Source of the DNA: Nitrospinales bacterium
Lineage (GTDB): Bacteria; Nitrospinota; Nitrospinia; Nitrospinales; VA-1
Direction of reading: 5' to 3'
DNA length: 64,000 nucleotides
Assembly (NCBI GenBank): GCA_965223795.1
Contig: CBDCXL010000002.1
Span: forward strand, 288,001-352,000
The notes under the pieces: model-generated
What the model saw: the letters and a program-made list of their open reading frames with translations, nothing else
The model's database searches: none
What the model was told of the DNA's origin: nothing
Made by a program: the position numbers and the translations under genes
Part shown: positions 43,678 to 53,406 of the stretch, one piece after another
Layout of the letters: the number at the start of each line of letters is the position of its first letter
Numbering within the stretch: the stretch's first letter is position 1

Positions 43678-45309
43678 ATGAATCCTTCGCCGGAAAACCG
43701 GGAATTCGACTATATGCGGGAGTTTCTGCTGTCGCTGCCGTATCAGCGGCAGCTGCAATCCCTGCTGAATCTTGTGGTCGAGAGTTTCGCCAGGCGGGAT
43801 CCCGCGGTGGCGCTGGCGCGCATCTGGCTGGTGGGCCCGGGCGACCGCTGCGATTCCTGTGCGCTGCGGTCGTTGTGCCCGGATCAGACCGAGTGCCTGC
43901 ATCTGGCGGCGGAATGCTACAAGCACCCGCCTGACGATCCTTCCACCCTGGCGCGGGAGTTTGAGCGCATCCCGCTGGGTGTCGGCAAGGCCGGGCGTTC
44001 CGCCACCACAGGCAGGCAGGAAGACCTCGAGAGTCTGGCAGCGGACATTCCCCACGCCGTCTCCCGGTCCTGGGCGCAACAGGCGAACATCCTCGGTCTG
44101 GGCGTGACTCCGCTCCTGCAGCAGGGCCGGGTGTTGGGCGTGATCGGCGCCTGCGTCGTGAAAGAGGCGCAGGTGGAAGGCGAAGGCCTGTTCTGGACGC
44201 GGCTGGTGGCGGATTCGATCGCGGCGTCCATCGCCAACGTGCGCGCCTTCGAGGAAATCCAGCGGCTCAAGGAGCGGCTCGAACGGGACAACGAATACCT
44301 GAGCGATGAAATCCTGGAGTCGCAGGCCTACGGCGAGATCATCGGGCAGAGTCCGTCGCTGAAAAACGTGGCCGAGCAGATCGGCATGGTGGCGGGCACG
44401 GACGCCAATGTGCTGATCAACGGCGAGTCGGGCACCGGCAAGGAGCTGGTGGCGCGCGAGATCCACAAGCGCAGCACCCGCTCGCTGAGGCCGCTGATCA
44501 AGGTCAACTGCGCCTCGATCCCCAAGGATCTGTACGAGAGCGAGTTTTTCGGCCACGTGAAAGGCGCGTTCACCGGCGCGGTGCAGGACCGGCGCGGCCG
44601 GTTCGAGCTGGCAGACGGAGCGACCCTGTTTCTCGATGAGGTGGGCGAGGTGCCTCTCGATCTGCAGAGCAAGCTGCTGCGTGTGCTGCAGGAGGGCGAG
44701 TACGAGCGCATCGGCGATGCGCGCACGCGAAAATGCGACGTGCGCATCATCGCCGCCACCAACCGCGACCTCAAGGGAGAGATCATCAAGGGGCGGTTCC
44801 GGGAGGACCTGTATTACCGGCTCAACGTGTTTCCCATCGAGTTGCCCTCGCTGAGGGAGCGGCCCGAGGACATCCCGCTGCTCGCCGAGCATTTTCTGCG
44901 CAACGCCGGCAAAAAATTCAACAAGCCGGTCAAGCCGCCGACGGCGGAAACGATCGCCGCGCTGAAAAACTACCTGTGGCCGGGGAACGTGCGGGAGCTG
45001 CAGAACGTGCTGGAGCGGGCGGTGATCACCTCACGGCGCGGGGAGCTGAAGCTGGATCTCGATGCGCCCGCCGGCAAGGCCCCATCCGCGCCCAGGCCGG
45101 AATCCGCAGCGGACGCGGCGGTGCTGACGGAAGCAGAGCTGAAACGCCTGGAACGGGACAACACGCTGCGCGCGCTGAAGCGATGCGACGGGAAAATCTT
45201 CGGCCCAAACGGTGCGGCGAAGCTGCTCGGCGTCAAGCCGACCACGCTGGCGACGCGCATGAAGGCGCTGGGCCTTAAAAAGACCTATTCTGTGCGCAAA
45301 CCGCACTGA
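43678..45309 (+). CDS. Sigma54-dependent transcriptional activator (GAF + AAA+ + HTH; FhlA/HyfR-like)
   Basis: [51 protein letters not shown] and GAAKLLGVKPTTL. Confidence 0.95.
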   Translation: MNPSPENREFDYMREFLLSLPYQRQLQSLLNLVVESFARRDPAVALARIWLVGPGDRCDSCALRSLCPDQTECLHLAAECYKHPPDDPSTLAREFERIPLGVGKAGRSATTGRQEDLESLAADIPHAVSRSWAQQANILGLGVTPLLQQGRVLGVIGACVVKEAQVEGEGLFWTRLVADSIAASIANVRAFEEIQRLKERLERDNEYLSDEILESQAYGEIIGQSPSLKNVAEQIGMVAGTDANVLINGESGTGKELVAREIHKRSTRSLRPLIKVNCASIPKDLYESEFFGHVKGAFTGAVQDRRGRFELADGATLFLDEVGEVPLDLQSKLLRVLQEGEYERIGDARTRKCDVRIIAATNRDLKGEIIKGRFREDLYYRLNVFPIELPSLRERPEDIPLLAEHFLRNAGKKFNKPVKPPTAETIAALKNYLWPGNVRELQNVLERAVITSRRGELKLDLDAPAGKAPSAPRPESAADAAVLTEAELKRLERDNTLRALKRCDGKIFGPNGAAKLLGVKPTTLATRMKALGLKKTYSVRKPH

Positions 45310-45546
45310 TCGCGCGGCACAGGTTTTCGGTTCGGCAATGGGATGATTGAGGTTTGCTGTTTTTTCAACTTCCCATTGTCCTCAAACACGTTCCCGGAAC
45401 GCGGTGCGAGCGCCGCCGGGCGAGCGGAGCGGATTCCTCCCGTTCCGGAAAGCGGCGCCCGGAGGGCCGGGAACGCGCTTTCCGGAGCTGACCTACAGCC
45501 TTAATTTTGAAGGGTTTTCCTGCTCCCCGGCGCGGGCACATTTAAG

Positions 45547-45576
45547 TTGACAGTAAAACGACGCTGCTTATATACT
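45547..45576 (+). promoter_or_regulatory. Sigma70-type promoter upstream of nuoE
   Basis: TTGACA-N18-TATACT. Confidence 0.65.
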
Positions 45577-45718
45577 TCCCCCTTTCACTACAAGCACAAG
45601 TGGAAGAAAAACAACCCGAGGGAGTTTTGGTTTCCGGTGAATCCCTTTCGCCGGGAAAATTCCTTATAATCGTAGAGCCATTACGAACTGAAGACCTTTC
45701 AATCGACGAGTTCGCCCT

Positions 45719-46279
45719 ATGGAAACCAACGACACGGCCCTTCCCGAACCGGTTGCGGTCGAAGAAGAAGAGAAAGAAATCGACGTCGCGCCGACCGAGG
45801 AATTGCTGAAACCGATTCCGGACACGGCCAACAACCGGCGGTACCTGATCCCGACGCTGCAGAAGGTGCAGGACATCTACCGCTACCTGCCCGATGCCGC
45901 GATGCAGCTTCTGATGCGGAAGTTCAACATCTCGCGGGCGGAAATCTATGGGGTGATTTCGTTTTACCCGCAGCTTCGCATCGTCGAGCCGGGCAAGTAC
46001 ATCTTCAAGCTCTGTTATGGCACCGCCTGCTTCGTCAAGGGGGCCAACATCATCGCGGACCGGATCCGCGATGAATACCACATCGGCCCGGGTGAGACCG
46101 ACAAGGACAAGATCTTCACCCTGCAGACCGCATCCTGCCTGGGGAACTGCGGCGCGGCCCCGATGGCCATCATCGGCGACGACACGCACGGCACCATCGA
46201 CCCTGAAAAAACATCTGAACTTTGCGCCGTCTACCGGGACCAGAAATTCGCGGAGGACGCGGCGGGCGAGGAGAAATGA
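45719..46279 (+). CDS. nuoE: NADH-quinone oxidoreductase subunit E ([2Fe-2S])
   Basis: LIPTLQKVQ..YRYLP, IYGVISFY, CYGTAC...CLGNC..AP. Confidence 0.9.
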   Translation: METNDTALPEPVAVEEEEKEIDVAPTEELLKPIPDTANNRRYLIPTLQKVQDIYRYLPDAAMQLLMRKFNISRAEIYGVISFYPQLRIVEPGKYIFKLCYGTACFVKGANIIADRIRDEYHIGPGETDKDKIFTLQTASCLGNCGAAPMAIIGDDTHGTIDPEKTSELCAVYRDQKFAEDAAGEEK

Positions 46280-46284
46280 TCTGA

Positions 46285-48858
46285 ATGAGCACCGTAGCCA
46301 GAAAAACCATTCACTTTAAAATCGACGACAAGGATGTGACGGCGCCGGAAGGCACGGTCATCCTGGAAGCGGCCAAGCAGGAAGGGTTCGAGGTGACCAA
46401 TCTCTGCTACAACCGCAAGCTGAAACCGTTCGCCGCCTGCCGCACCTGCATGGTGGAAAAATGGAGCGACGGCAACAAGGAGCTGGTCTACTCCTGCACG
46501 GAGCCGGTGGCGGAAGGCATCGAGGTCAAGACCAACACCGAGGAGACCGACCGCTACAACAGCGCCTGCCTGGAAATGCTGCTGGTGGAGCACCCGCTCG
46601 ACTGTCCGATCTGCGACAAATCCGGCGTCTGTCCTCTGCAGGACAACACCGACGCGCTCAAGCTGTACAACGGCCGCTTTGAGATCAACCGGCGCAACGA
46701 GCCGAGCATCAAGAGCAACCCGATCATCGAATTTTATCTCAACCGCTGCATCATGTGCGGCCTGTGCGTGCGCGCCTGCGACGAGATCCAGGGCGTGCAG
46801 GCGCTGGACTACCACCAGCGCGGCCGCAGCGTCGGCATCGGCACGGCCAACGACGAACCGCTCGACTGCGAATTCTGCGGCCAGTGCATCACGGTCTGCC
46901 CGACGGGCGCGTTGATGGACATGACGTCCGGCGCGCGCGGGCTCGCCGCCATGTTCACGCAGACGCACAGCACCTGCAATTACTGTTCGTGGGGCTGCAC
47001 GATCCGGCTGGAATCGAAGAGCGGCAAGGTGGTGCGCATCGAAGGCGACGAAGCCTACAATCTTGGAATCAACGAAGGCAACCTGTGCGCCAAGGGGCGC
47101 TTCGGTCACGGCATCATCCACAACGAGGACCGCATCCAGACACCGCTGATGAACTTCGGCGGCGAGTTCAAGGAAGTGTCCTGGGACGAGGCGCTCAGCA
47201 CGATCGCCGAACGCTTCCAGGCGACGGTCAACCGCGGCGGGCCGGGCACCATCGCCGGCATCGGCTCGGAAAAGATGACCAACGAGGAAGCGTATCTGTT
47301 CCAGAAGCTGTTCCGCGGCCTGTTCGGCGCGAACCAGGTGACCAACCTTTCGGAACTGCGCGCCCCGTACGTGAACCGCTTCATGCTGGACTGTTTCGAA
47401 AACGGCATCGAATCCAAGCCGGTCACCGAGCTGGAGCACGCGGACGTGGTGCTCATCTTCAATTCGGACCTGCCCTCGGAATACCCGGTGGGCGGCAACT
47501 CGGTGCGCAAGGGCGCGGTGTTCACGGGCACGGACATCCTCATCGCCAACCCGCGCAACGTGGTGTTCAACAACGAAGCCGCCGTGGATATCCGGCTGAC
47601 CTACACGCACGGCGCGGACCTTGCGGTGGCGAACCGGCTGTGCCGCATCCTGATCGACAAGAAACTGGTGGACACCGCGAAAGTCAAAAAAGCGCTGCCC
47701 AATTTCGACGAACTGGAAAAATCGCTCAATCCCTATACGGACAAGGAAGCCGAGAAGCTGACCGGGCTTTCCGACGACATCCTGACGCGCGCCGCGGAAC
47801 GGTTCGCGCGCGATGCCGACCGGTTCATCCTGATCGGCAACGACATCCTCGACACGGGCCAGGGCGAGGACGTGCTGAACGCGCTGCTCAACCTCTCCCT
47901 GCTGGTGCACCACGGCTCCACCGGCAGCGTCAGCGTCTACCCGCCGCGCGAGCACTGCAACTCGCAGGGCGTCAACGACATGGGCGTGACTCCCGGGTTC
48001 AAACCGGGATACCAGCCCATAGACAGCAATGACAATCTCGCGGTGGATCTGTTCGAAAGCTGCAAGCAGGGCAAGATCAAGCTGCTTTACATCGCGGGCG
48101 AGGATCCGCTGCATTCCTATTACAAGTCGGCGCAGGCCAAAGACGCGCTGCAGACGGTGCCGTTTCTGGTGGTGCAGGACATCTTCATGACGGAGACCGC
48201 GAAAATGGCGGACGTCATCCTGCCGCTGTCCACCTTCGCCGAGAAGGAAGGCACCTACACCAACATGACGCGGCACGTTCAGCAGGTGAAGCCGGCGACG
48301 CTGCCGCTGGGAACCTCGAAGCCGGATTTCGACATCCTGTGCGAGCTGGCCGAGGCGGTCGGCAAGCCGTTCGAAAACGCCAGCATCCAGGAGGTGCAGG
48401 AAGAGATCGCGCGGGAAGTGCCGATCTACAAGGATGTGTTTCCCGGCGACGATTCGAAACAGTGGCGGCCCACCGGATTCGCGTCGAAGCCTGAATTCAA
48501 GATCTGCGCCCCGTATGATAAAGCGAAGGACGATGAGGGGTATCCGTTCAGCCTGCTGACGAACAATCACATGTTCCACATCGGCAGCTACACCCAGCAT
48601 GCGGATGCGCTGGTGGACATCGGCCCGGAATGCCTGGCCGAAATCCATCCCGAAGACGCGGAGAACCTGGGCGTGGACACGGGCGACACCGTCGTCGTCG
48701 AATCGCCGAGCGGCAAGGTGGAAGTGAAGGTCAAGACCAGTCCGGTGAGCGTCAAGGGCATGCTGTACATCCCGAAAAACTGGACCGGCGTTCCGGTCCA
48801 CAGCCTGAGAAACGGCGAAGAGGGAGTGGTTTCCATCAAGGTTTCCAAGGCCGGCTGA
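46285..48858 (+). CDS. nuoG: NADH-quinone oxidoreductase subunit G (Fe-S domains + molybdopterin-oxidoreductase fold)
   Basis: LCY...ACRTC...SC (N1b); HPLDCPICDKSGVCPLQD (N5); RCIMCGLCVRAC and CEFCGQCITVCPTGAL; TCNYCSWGC...LCAKG. No recognisable catalytic Cys/Sec of formate dehydrogenase. Confidence 0.85.
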   Translation: MSTVARKTIHFKIDDKDVTAPEGTVILEAAKQEGFEVTNLCYNRKLKPFAACRTCMVEKWSDGNKELVYSCTEPVAEGIEVKTNTEETDRYNSACLEMLLVEHPLDCPICDKSGVCPLQDNTDALKLYNGRFEINRRNEPSIKSNPIIEFYLNRCIMCGLCVRACDEIQGVQALDYHQRGRSVGIGTANDEPLDCEFCGQCITVCPTGALMDMTSGARGLAAMFTQTHSTCNYCSWGCTIRLESKSGKVVRIEGDEAYNLGINEGNLCAKGRFGHGIIHNEDRIQTPLMNFGGEFKEVSWDEALSTIAERFQATVNRGGPGTIAGIGSEKMTNEEAYLFQKLFRGLFGANQVTNLSELRAPYVNRFMLDCFENGIESKPVTELEHADVVLIFNSDLPSEYPVGGNSVRKGAVFTGTDILIANPRNVVFNNEAAVDIRLTYTHGADLAVANRLCRILIDKKLVDTAKVKKALPNFDELEKSLNPYTDKEAEKLTGLSDDILTRAAERFARDADRFILIGNDILDTGQGEDVLNALLNLSLLVHHGSTGSVSVYPPREHCNSQGVNDMGVTPGFKPGYQPIDSNDNLAVDLFESCKQGKIKLLYIAGEDPLHSYYKSAQAKDALQTVPFLVVQDIFMTETAKMADVILPLSTFAEKEGTYTNMTRHVQQVKPATLPLGTSKPDFDILCELAEAVGKPFENASIQEVQEEIAREVPIYKDVFPGDDSKQWRPTGFASKPEFKICAPYDKAKDDEGYPFSLLTNNHMFHIGSYTQHADALVDIGPECLAEIHPEDAENLGVDTGDTVVVESPSGKVEVKVKTSPVSVKGMLYIPKNWTGVPVHSLRNGEEGVVSIKVSKAG

Positions 48859-48939
48859 GCAACCGGCTTCTTTTTCAATCCGGGAACGGCGGTTCCCGCC
48901 GGCCGCGGCCGGGCACAACCTTTCAACTCAACGAACCCC

Positions 48940-50130
48940 ATGGCTGATTTAAAAGAAAGTCTGCACACCGATCACATGGTCCTCAACATGGGCCCCTCTC
49001 ACCCGGCCACTCACGGCACGGTGAAATTTCTTCTGACTCTGGACGGCGAGACGGTCGTGGACATGGTGGTGGAGGTCGGCTACCTGCACCGCGGGTTCGA
49101 GAAGATGTGCGAAAGCGTGACCTACTCCAACGTGTTCCCCTACACGGACCGGCTGAACTACTGCTCGGCGATCATGAACAACATCGGCTTCGCGCTGGCG
49201 GTCGAAAAGCTGTGCGACATCCAGACGACGGACCGCTGCGATTACATCCGCGTGGTAACGAACGAGTTGTCGCGCATCTCGGATCACTACACCAACATCG
49301 CCGCGGCAGCGCTGGAGCTTGGGGCGCTGACGGCGTTCATCTATTTCGTCGAGGCGCGGGAGATCGTGTGGGATCTTCTGGAAAAAGTCTGCGGCGCGCG
49401 GCTGACGTCCAACTATGTGCGCATCGGCGGGCTGATGTGCGATCTGCCGCCGGGATTCGACGAGGACCTGGAAGCCTCCTATAAAAAACTCGATCCCCTG
49501 TTCGACGATGTGGACAAGCTGCTGACGAAAAACCGCATCTTCCTCGACCGCATGCGCGACACCGGCGCCATCTCCGCAAAGGACGCGATCGACTGGGGAT
49601 TCACCGGGCCGTGCCTGAGGGCCTGCGGGGTCGATTACGACGTGCGCAAGCAGCATCCCTATCTGGTTTACGACCGGCTCGATTTTGACATTCCGCTGGG
49701 GACCACCGGCGATAATTTCGACCGCTACCTGGTGCGGATGGAAGAGATCAAGCAGAGCTTCAAGATCATCAAGCAGGCCATGAAGGACATGCCCGACGGT
49801 CCCATCAACGTCGACAACCCCTATATGCGCAATCCGGCCAAACCGGATGTGTACTCGCGCATGGAAGAGATGATCGCCCATTTCAAAATGGTGATCGACG
49901 GCCTCAAGCCGCCTGTGGGCGAGGTATACTTTCCCAGCGAAGCGGCGAACGGCGAGCTGGGCTTTTACATCGTGAGCGACGGCACCGGCAAGCCCTATAA
50001 ATGCCGGGTCCGCCCGCCGTGCTTCACCATGACCGCCGCGCTGGCGGATATCTGTAAAGGCGGCATGCTGGCGGACATCATTCCCACCTTCGACATGATC
50101 AATATGATCGGCGGCGAATGCGACCGCTGA
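48940..50130 (+). CDS. nuoD: NADH-quinone oxidoreductase subunit D
   Basis: LNMGPSHPATHGT, GYLHRGFEK, DRLNY, GDNFDRY, GELGFY and C-terminal GECDR; lacks the [NiFe] CxxC motifs. Confidence 0.95.
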   Translation: MADLKESLHTDHMVLNMGPSHPATHGTVKFLLTLDGETVVDMVVEVGYLHRGFEKMCESVTYSNVFPYTDRLNYCSAIMNNIGFALAVEKLCDIQTTDRCDYIRVVTNELSRISDHYTNIAAAALELGALTAFIYFVEAREIVWDLLEKVCGARLTSNYVRIGGLMCDLPPGFDEDLEASYKKLDPLFDDVDKLLTKNRIFLDRMRDTGAISAKDAIDWGFTGPCLRACGVDYDVRKQHPYLVYDRLDFDIPLGTTGDNFDRYLVRMEEIKQSFKIIKQAMKDMPDGPINVDNPYMRNPAKPDVYSRMEEMIAHFKMVIDGLKPPVGEVYFPSEAANGELGFYIVSDGTGKPYKCRVRPPCFTMTAALADICKGGMLADIIPTFDMINMIGGECDR

Positions 50131-50233
50131 CCGTGACGCGGCTCATCCCAAAATAATCCAATCATCACCCGGGTGCGGGTTATGCTGAACAGGACGGCTG
50201 CGCGCATTCTATATTTAAAGGTTTGTTTTCCGC

Positions 50234-51229
50234 ATGGGCCATTTGGTCAAAATCCTCTTTCTCCTGGCCGGCTGCGCTTTGCTCGGCTGGGCGCTGAAAT
50301 CGGTGGACCTCGCCGAAGTGCTGAGCCTTCTGGCGCGGCTGGGATGGGGCTACTTTTTCATCTTCGTGATTTATGGTGTCGTCACCTGGGTCGACACACT
50401 GGCCTGGAAATACTGTTTTCCACCTGAGAAGACGCGCAATTTCACGCTGTGGCAACTGTGGCGCATCCGGCAGATCGGCGACGCCTACAACACGATCACG
50501 CCGCTGGGAACCCTGGGCGGGGAACCGATCAAGGCGCAACTTCTGAAAGACGGCCACGGGCTCACCTTCAAAGAGGGCCTGGCTTCGCAGGTGGCGGCGA
50601 AAACCACGTTCCTGATCGCTCTCATCCTGTTTTGCATTCCCAGCATGGTGCTGATGTATCAGATGGAAGGGATCCCGCCGGAGTTTCAATCGGTGGCTCT
50701 CGTGGGGATGGTCGGTTTTTCCACCGCGATCTTCCTGTTCTTTCTGGTTCAGATCACGGGACTGCTGGGAATTGTGACGCGCAAGGTGGCGCGGCATACC
50801 CGCGAACGCACCGTGTTCGGGCAGCTTGAAAACCTCGATGCGAAGATGTCCGGCTACTACAAGGACCATCCCGGGCGGGCGCTGGCATCGGTGGCGGCGG
50901 CGTTCACGGGCTGGGTGATCGGGCTGGCGGAGCTGTACCTGATTCTGTATCTACTCGGCTACGAAGCGAGCTTCGCGCAATTGTGGCTCATCGAAGCGCT
51001 GGCGCAGCTGGTGCGGGCGGGAACGTTTTTCATTCCCTTGAACATCGGGACGCTGGAAGGCGGCCTGATTCTCATCTTCGGCGCATTGGGATACCCCGCC
51101 ATTCTGGGGATCACCGTTTCCTTCGCCGGGAGGATCAAGCAGTTGACATGGGTGGCGGCCGGCCTTTTGCTGGGCTGGAGCCTGGCGTTCAAGCCAAGAA
51201 CGGTGCAACCCGACGCCTCGGAAGGCTGA
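50234..51229 (+). CDS. Lysylphosphatidylglycerol-synthase TM / flippase-like membrane protein
   Basis: Multi-TM; IGDAYNTITPLGTLGGEPIKA and FIPLNIGTLEGG patterns. Confidence 0.8.
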   Translation: MGHLVKILFLLAGCALLGWALKSVDLAEVLSLLARLGWGYFFIFVIYGVVTWVDTLAWKYCFPPEKTRNFTLWQLWRIRQIGDAYNTITPLGTLGGEPIKAQLLKDGHGLTFKEGLASQVAAKTTFLIALILFCIPSMVLMYQMEGIPPEFQSVALVGMVGFSTAIFLFFLVQITGLLGIVTRKVARHTRERTVFGQLENLDAKMSGYYKDHPGRALASVAAAFTGWVIGLAELYLILYLLGYEASFAQLWLIEALAQLVRAGTFFIPLNIGTLEGGLILIFGALGYPAILGITVSFAGRIKQLTWVAAGLLLGWSLAFKPRTVQPDASEG

Positions 51230-51280
51230 TCGTCCGCCCGGCGGACGCGTGCATGCCGGACGGACTAAAATGAGGACAAC

Positions 51281-51697
51281 TCAGTGGACGTCGCGCCGGA
51301 CGCCGCGGTCGCGGCCCCTGCCGCCAGGGGTGTGTTTCATGGATTCGGTGAAGACATCCCGCTCCTGAACCAGGCCGTCGTGCTTGGTCCGGATGGGGTC
51401 GATGCGGTTTTTCTCCACTTCCAGGGCGGCTTCGTCGATCATCTCTTCTTCTTTCTTTTTGGCTTCGTCCGGTTTGGCGCCGGAAGCCTGCGCTTCTGCA
51501 CCTTCACCGCCTTCGCTGACGGCCTCCCCTTCTTTGGACTCTTCGATCGACTCTTCTTCCGCTTCCTTCATGGATTTTTTGAAATTCTTGATGCTGCGGC
51601 CGAACGCACTGCCGATTTCCGGAAGTTTGCCGGCTCCAAAAATGATCATGATGATGATCAGAATGACCATCAACTCGGGAAAACCGATGCCCATCAT
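51281..51697 (-). CDS. tatA: Twin-arginine translocase TatA/E subunit with long acidic tail
   Basis: [39 protein letters not shown]. Confidence 0.92.
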   Translation of the reverse strand: MMGIGFPELMVILIIIMIIFGAGKLPEIGSAFGRSIKNFKKSMKEAEEESIEESKEGEAVSEGGEGAEAQASGAKPDEAKKKEEEMIDEAALEVEKNRIDPIRTKHDGLVQERDVFTESMKHTPGGRGRDRGVRRDVH

Positions 51698-51852
51698 AAT
51701 GAATTTCTCCTATCGCCTGCGGTGTGAACGTGCGGCCAGTCTATCAAAACAGGCCCATAAAAACACCTGTTTAGGCGCATTTTCGTGAAATATCCGGGAA
51801 AATCAGGAAAAGAAATGCGAAAAATCAGAAAAACGGCGGGACGGTGCGGCTC

Positions 51853-51887
51853 AAAAGGAAAAAGAGGCCGGAAACACCGGCCTCTTT
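51853..51887 (-). terminator. Rho-independent terminator of the small TPR gene
   Basis: AAAGAGGCCGG-aaaca-CCGGCCTCTTT stem with a U-rich tail on the minus strand. Confidence 0.75.
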
Positions 51888-51955
51888 CCCTTTGAACGTA
51901 TTCATGATTCCTGGCAGCGAAGCATCCGGTAGCCGTAAACCGCTCCGCAGGCGGG

Positions 51956-52321
51956 TCAGTGACCGATGTGGGCGTTCAGGATCGGAGAATTCAGGATCTT
52001 CTGATTGCCGTTGGCGTTCTTTTTCGCGGCTTTGAAATGCATGGTGGCTTCGCCGTGCCGTCCCAGCTTGTCGAGGGAGATGGCTTCATTGAAATGAGTT
52101 TCCCCTTTGCTGGAATCGATTTTGGAGGCCATCTTGAAATGCATGAGCGCGCCTTCGAAGTTGCCCTTATTCCATTCGGCGATGCCTTCTTCGTTGTGCT
52201 TATTGGCCTCGGCGTTGGACCCTTCCACCTGAGGGAGCTGCATGGGGCCTTCTCCGGCAAAGGCGGTCAGAGGCAGGAAACTGAATGCAACAACAGTCAA
52301 CAGAACCAAAACTTTTTTCAT
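51956..52321 (-). CDS. Small exported TPR protein
   Basis: GGAG RBS; signal ending AFA; two TPR-like repeats. Confidence 0.8.
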   Translation of the reverse strand: MKKVLVLLTVVAFSFLPLTAFAGEGPMQLPQVEGSNAEANKHNEEGIAEWNKGNFEGALMHFKMASKIDSSKGETHFNEAISLDKLGRHGEATMHFKAAKKNANGNQKILNSPILNAHIGH

Positions 52322-52561
52322 GGTGAATTGCTCCCCAAAAAATGGTTTTAAATTACCCCCCAAACTTGTTCGGATGTCTCTAAATTACCATTTTGAAGTT
52401 TCTATGAAAACCTTTTTTGGCCGGCGGCATCACGGAAAGCTGCGGTTTTTGAACCGATTGTCCCAGGCGGCCGGGCGCCGGACCTGAAGGCTTCTCTACG
52501 AGGATCGGATATTCCGCCCCGCCCTTTCGGCATCCGCACGGTGGGCCGCACGGTCTTTTCT

Positions 52562-53044
52562 TTACGGTGAAAGATCGGCACGTTCACATTGCAATGCCTC
52601 CCTTTGCGCACGGCCGAGTTCCCGGGGTATCCCCCAGCCTCTGATTTTCAATCCGATGCGGGAAGCGTACGGATCCCACAGCGGCCCGCCCGCGGCGCGC
52701 ACCTGGACTTTGAGCGATCCGGACCGGTCGACGCTCACTCTTTGAAACGTGTCCCCGAACGGGCCTTCGGTGATCTGATAGTCGTGCCTGCAGTACTCGC
52801 TGCCTTCGGGAAAGGACAGGACCGGGTCGCCCGCGCAATGCTGCCCCGAGGCCGCCTCACAGCGCACGGTCCACAAGTGAGGCTGCAACGGGAGTGCGTC
52901 CGTTTTCGCGGCTTGGGCGGCCTGCACCACGGCAGATGTGTTGGCACCCGTGCAGGCCGACGCGAGGCCCATCAGACACGCCAGCACGGCACCCTGCATG
53001 GCGGCGCCGCCGCGATTCAATTCGGCACGCTGCGCCGGTGTCAT
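52562..53044 (-). CDS. Hypothetical Cys-containing putative lipoprotein
   Basis: ATGA overlap with the upstream immunity gene (or ATG 52999); lipobox-like LASAC; 4 further Cys. Confidence 0.6.
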   Translation of the reverse strand: MTPAQRAELNRGGAAMQGAVLACLMGLASACTGANTSAVVQAAQAAKTDALPLQPHLWTVRCEAASGQHCAGDPVLSFPEGSEYCRHDYQITEGPFGDTFQRVSVDRSGSLKVQVRAAGGPLWDPYASRIGLKIRGWGIPRELGRAQREALQCERADLSP

Positions 53045-53406
53045 CGTTCGCGCGCTTCCCGGCAGGGAAAAATCGCCTTGAGGGCATCGGCGGTCAACTC
53101 GATGGGTTTCTGACGCCACCGTTCCTGAAATGCCGCCAGCCATTTGGGGACCAGGCTCTCTCCTTTTTTCCGCCCGGCGGCGTCCCCGGGAAGACAGAAC
53201 GCCGGCTCGTTCTTATTTGAATAGCGCTCGTGCGCATCGACGACTCCCTGGATGTAAGCCCGGCACACGGAATCGTCGAACAGCACCGTGTCCCCCGTGC
53301 AGTAGCGGACCATGTCCATGCCTTTCCACTGATCCGCCAAGGCGGCGGAAATCCCGGCCGCCAGCCAGAACCACGCCAGCAAGGCGCATTGCAGACCCGT
53401 TTTCAT
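53041..53406 (-). CDS. Rap1a/Tai-family T6SS immunity protein
   Basis: Signal peptide then G.DMVRYC...C.AYIQGVVD...FCLP...W...ALKAIFPC, the four-Cys pattern of Rap1a-type proteins. Confidence 0.8.
   Translation of the reverse strand: MKTGLQCALLAWFWLAAGISAALADQWKGMDMVRYCTGDTVLFDDSVCRAYIQGVVDAHERYSNKNEPAFCLPGDAAGRKKGESLVPKWLAAFQERWRQKPIELTADALKAIFPCREARER

Noticed and set aside
45390..45490. GC-rich multi-hairpin region after the bEBP gene as a riboswitch for nuoE
   Set aside because: It lies upstream of the predicted sigma70 promoter, so it is probably not in the nuoE leader; more likely a terminator or degenerate repeat.
46285..50130. Formate dehydrogenase or group 4 [NiFe]-hydrogenase interpretation
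   Set aside because: The large subunit lacks a recognisable Mo-ligating Cys/Sec-His motif, and the NuoD-like protein lacks both Ni-binding CxxC motifs while keeping the quinone-site His/Tyr motifs.
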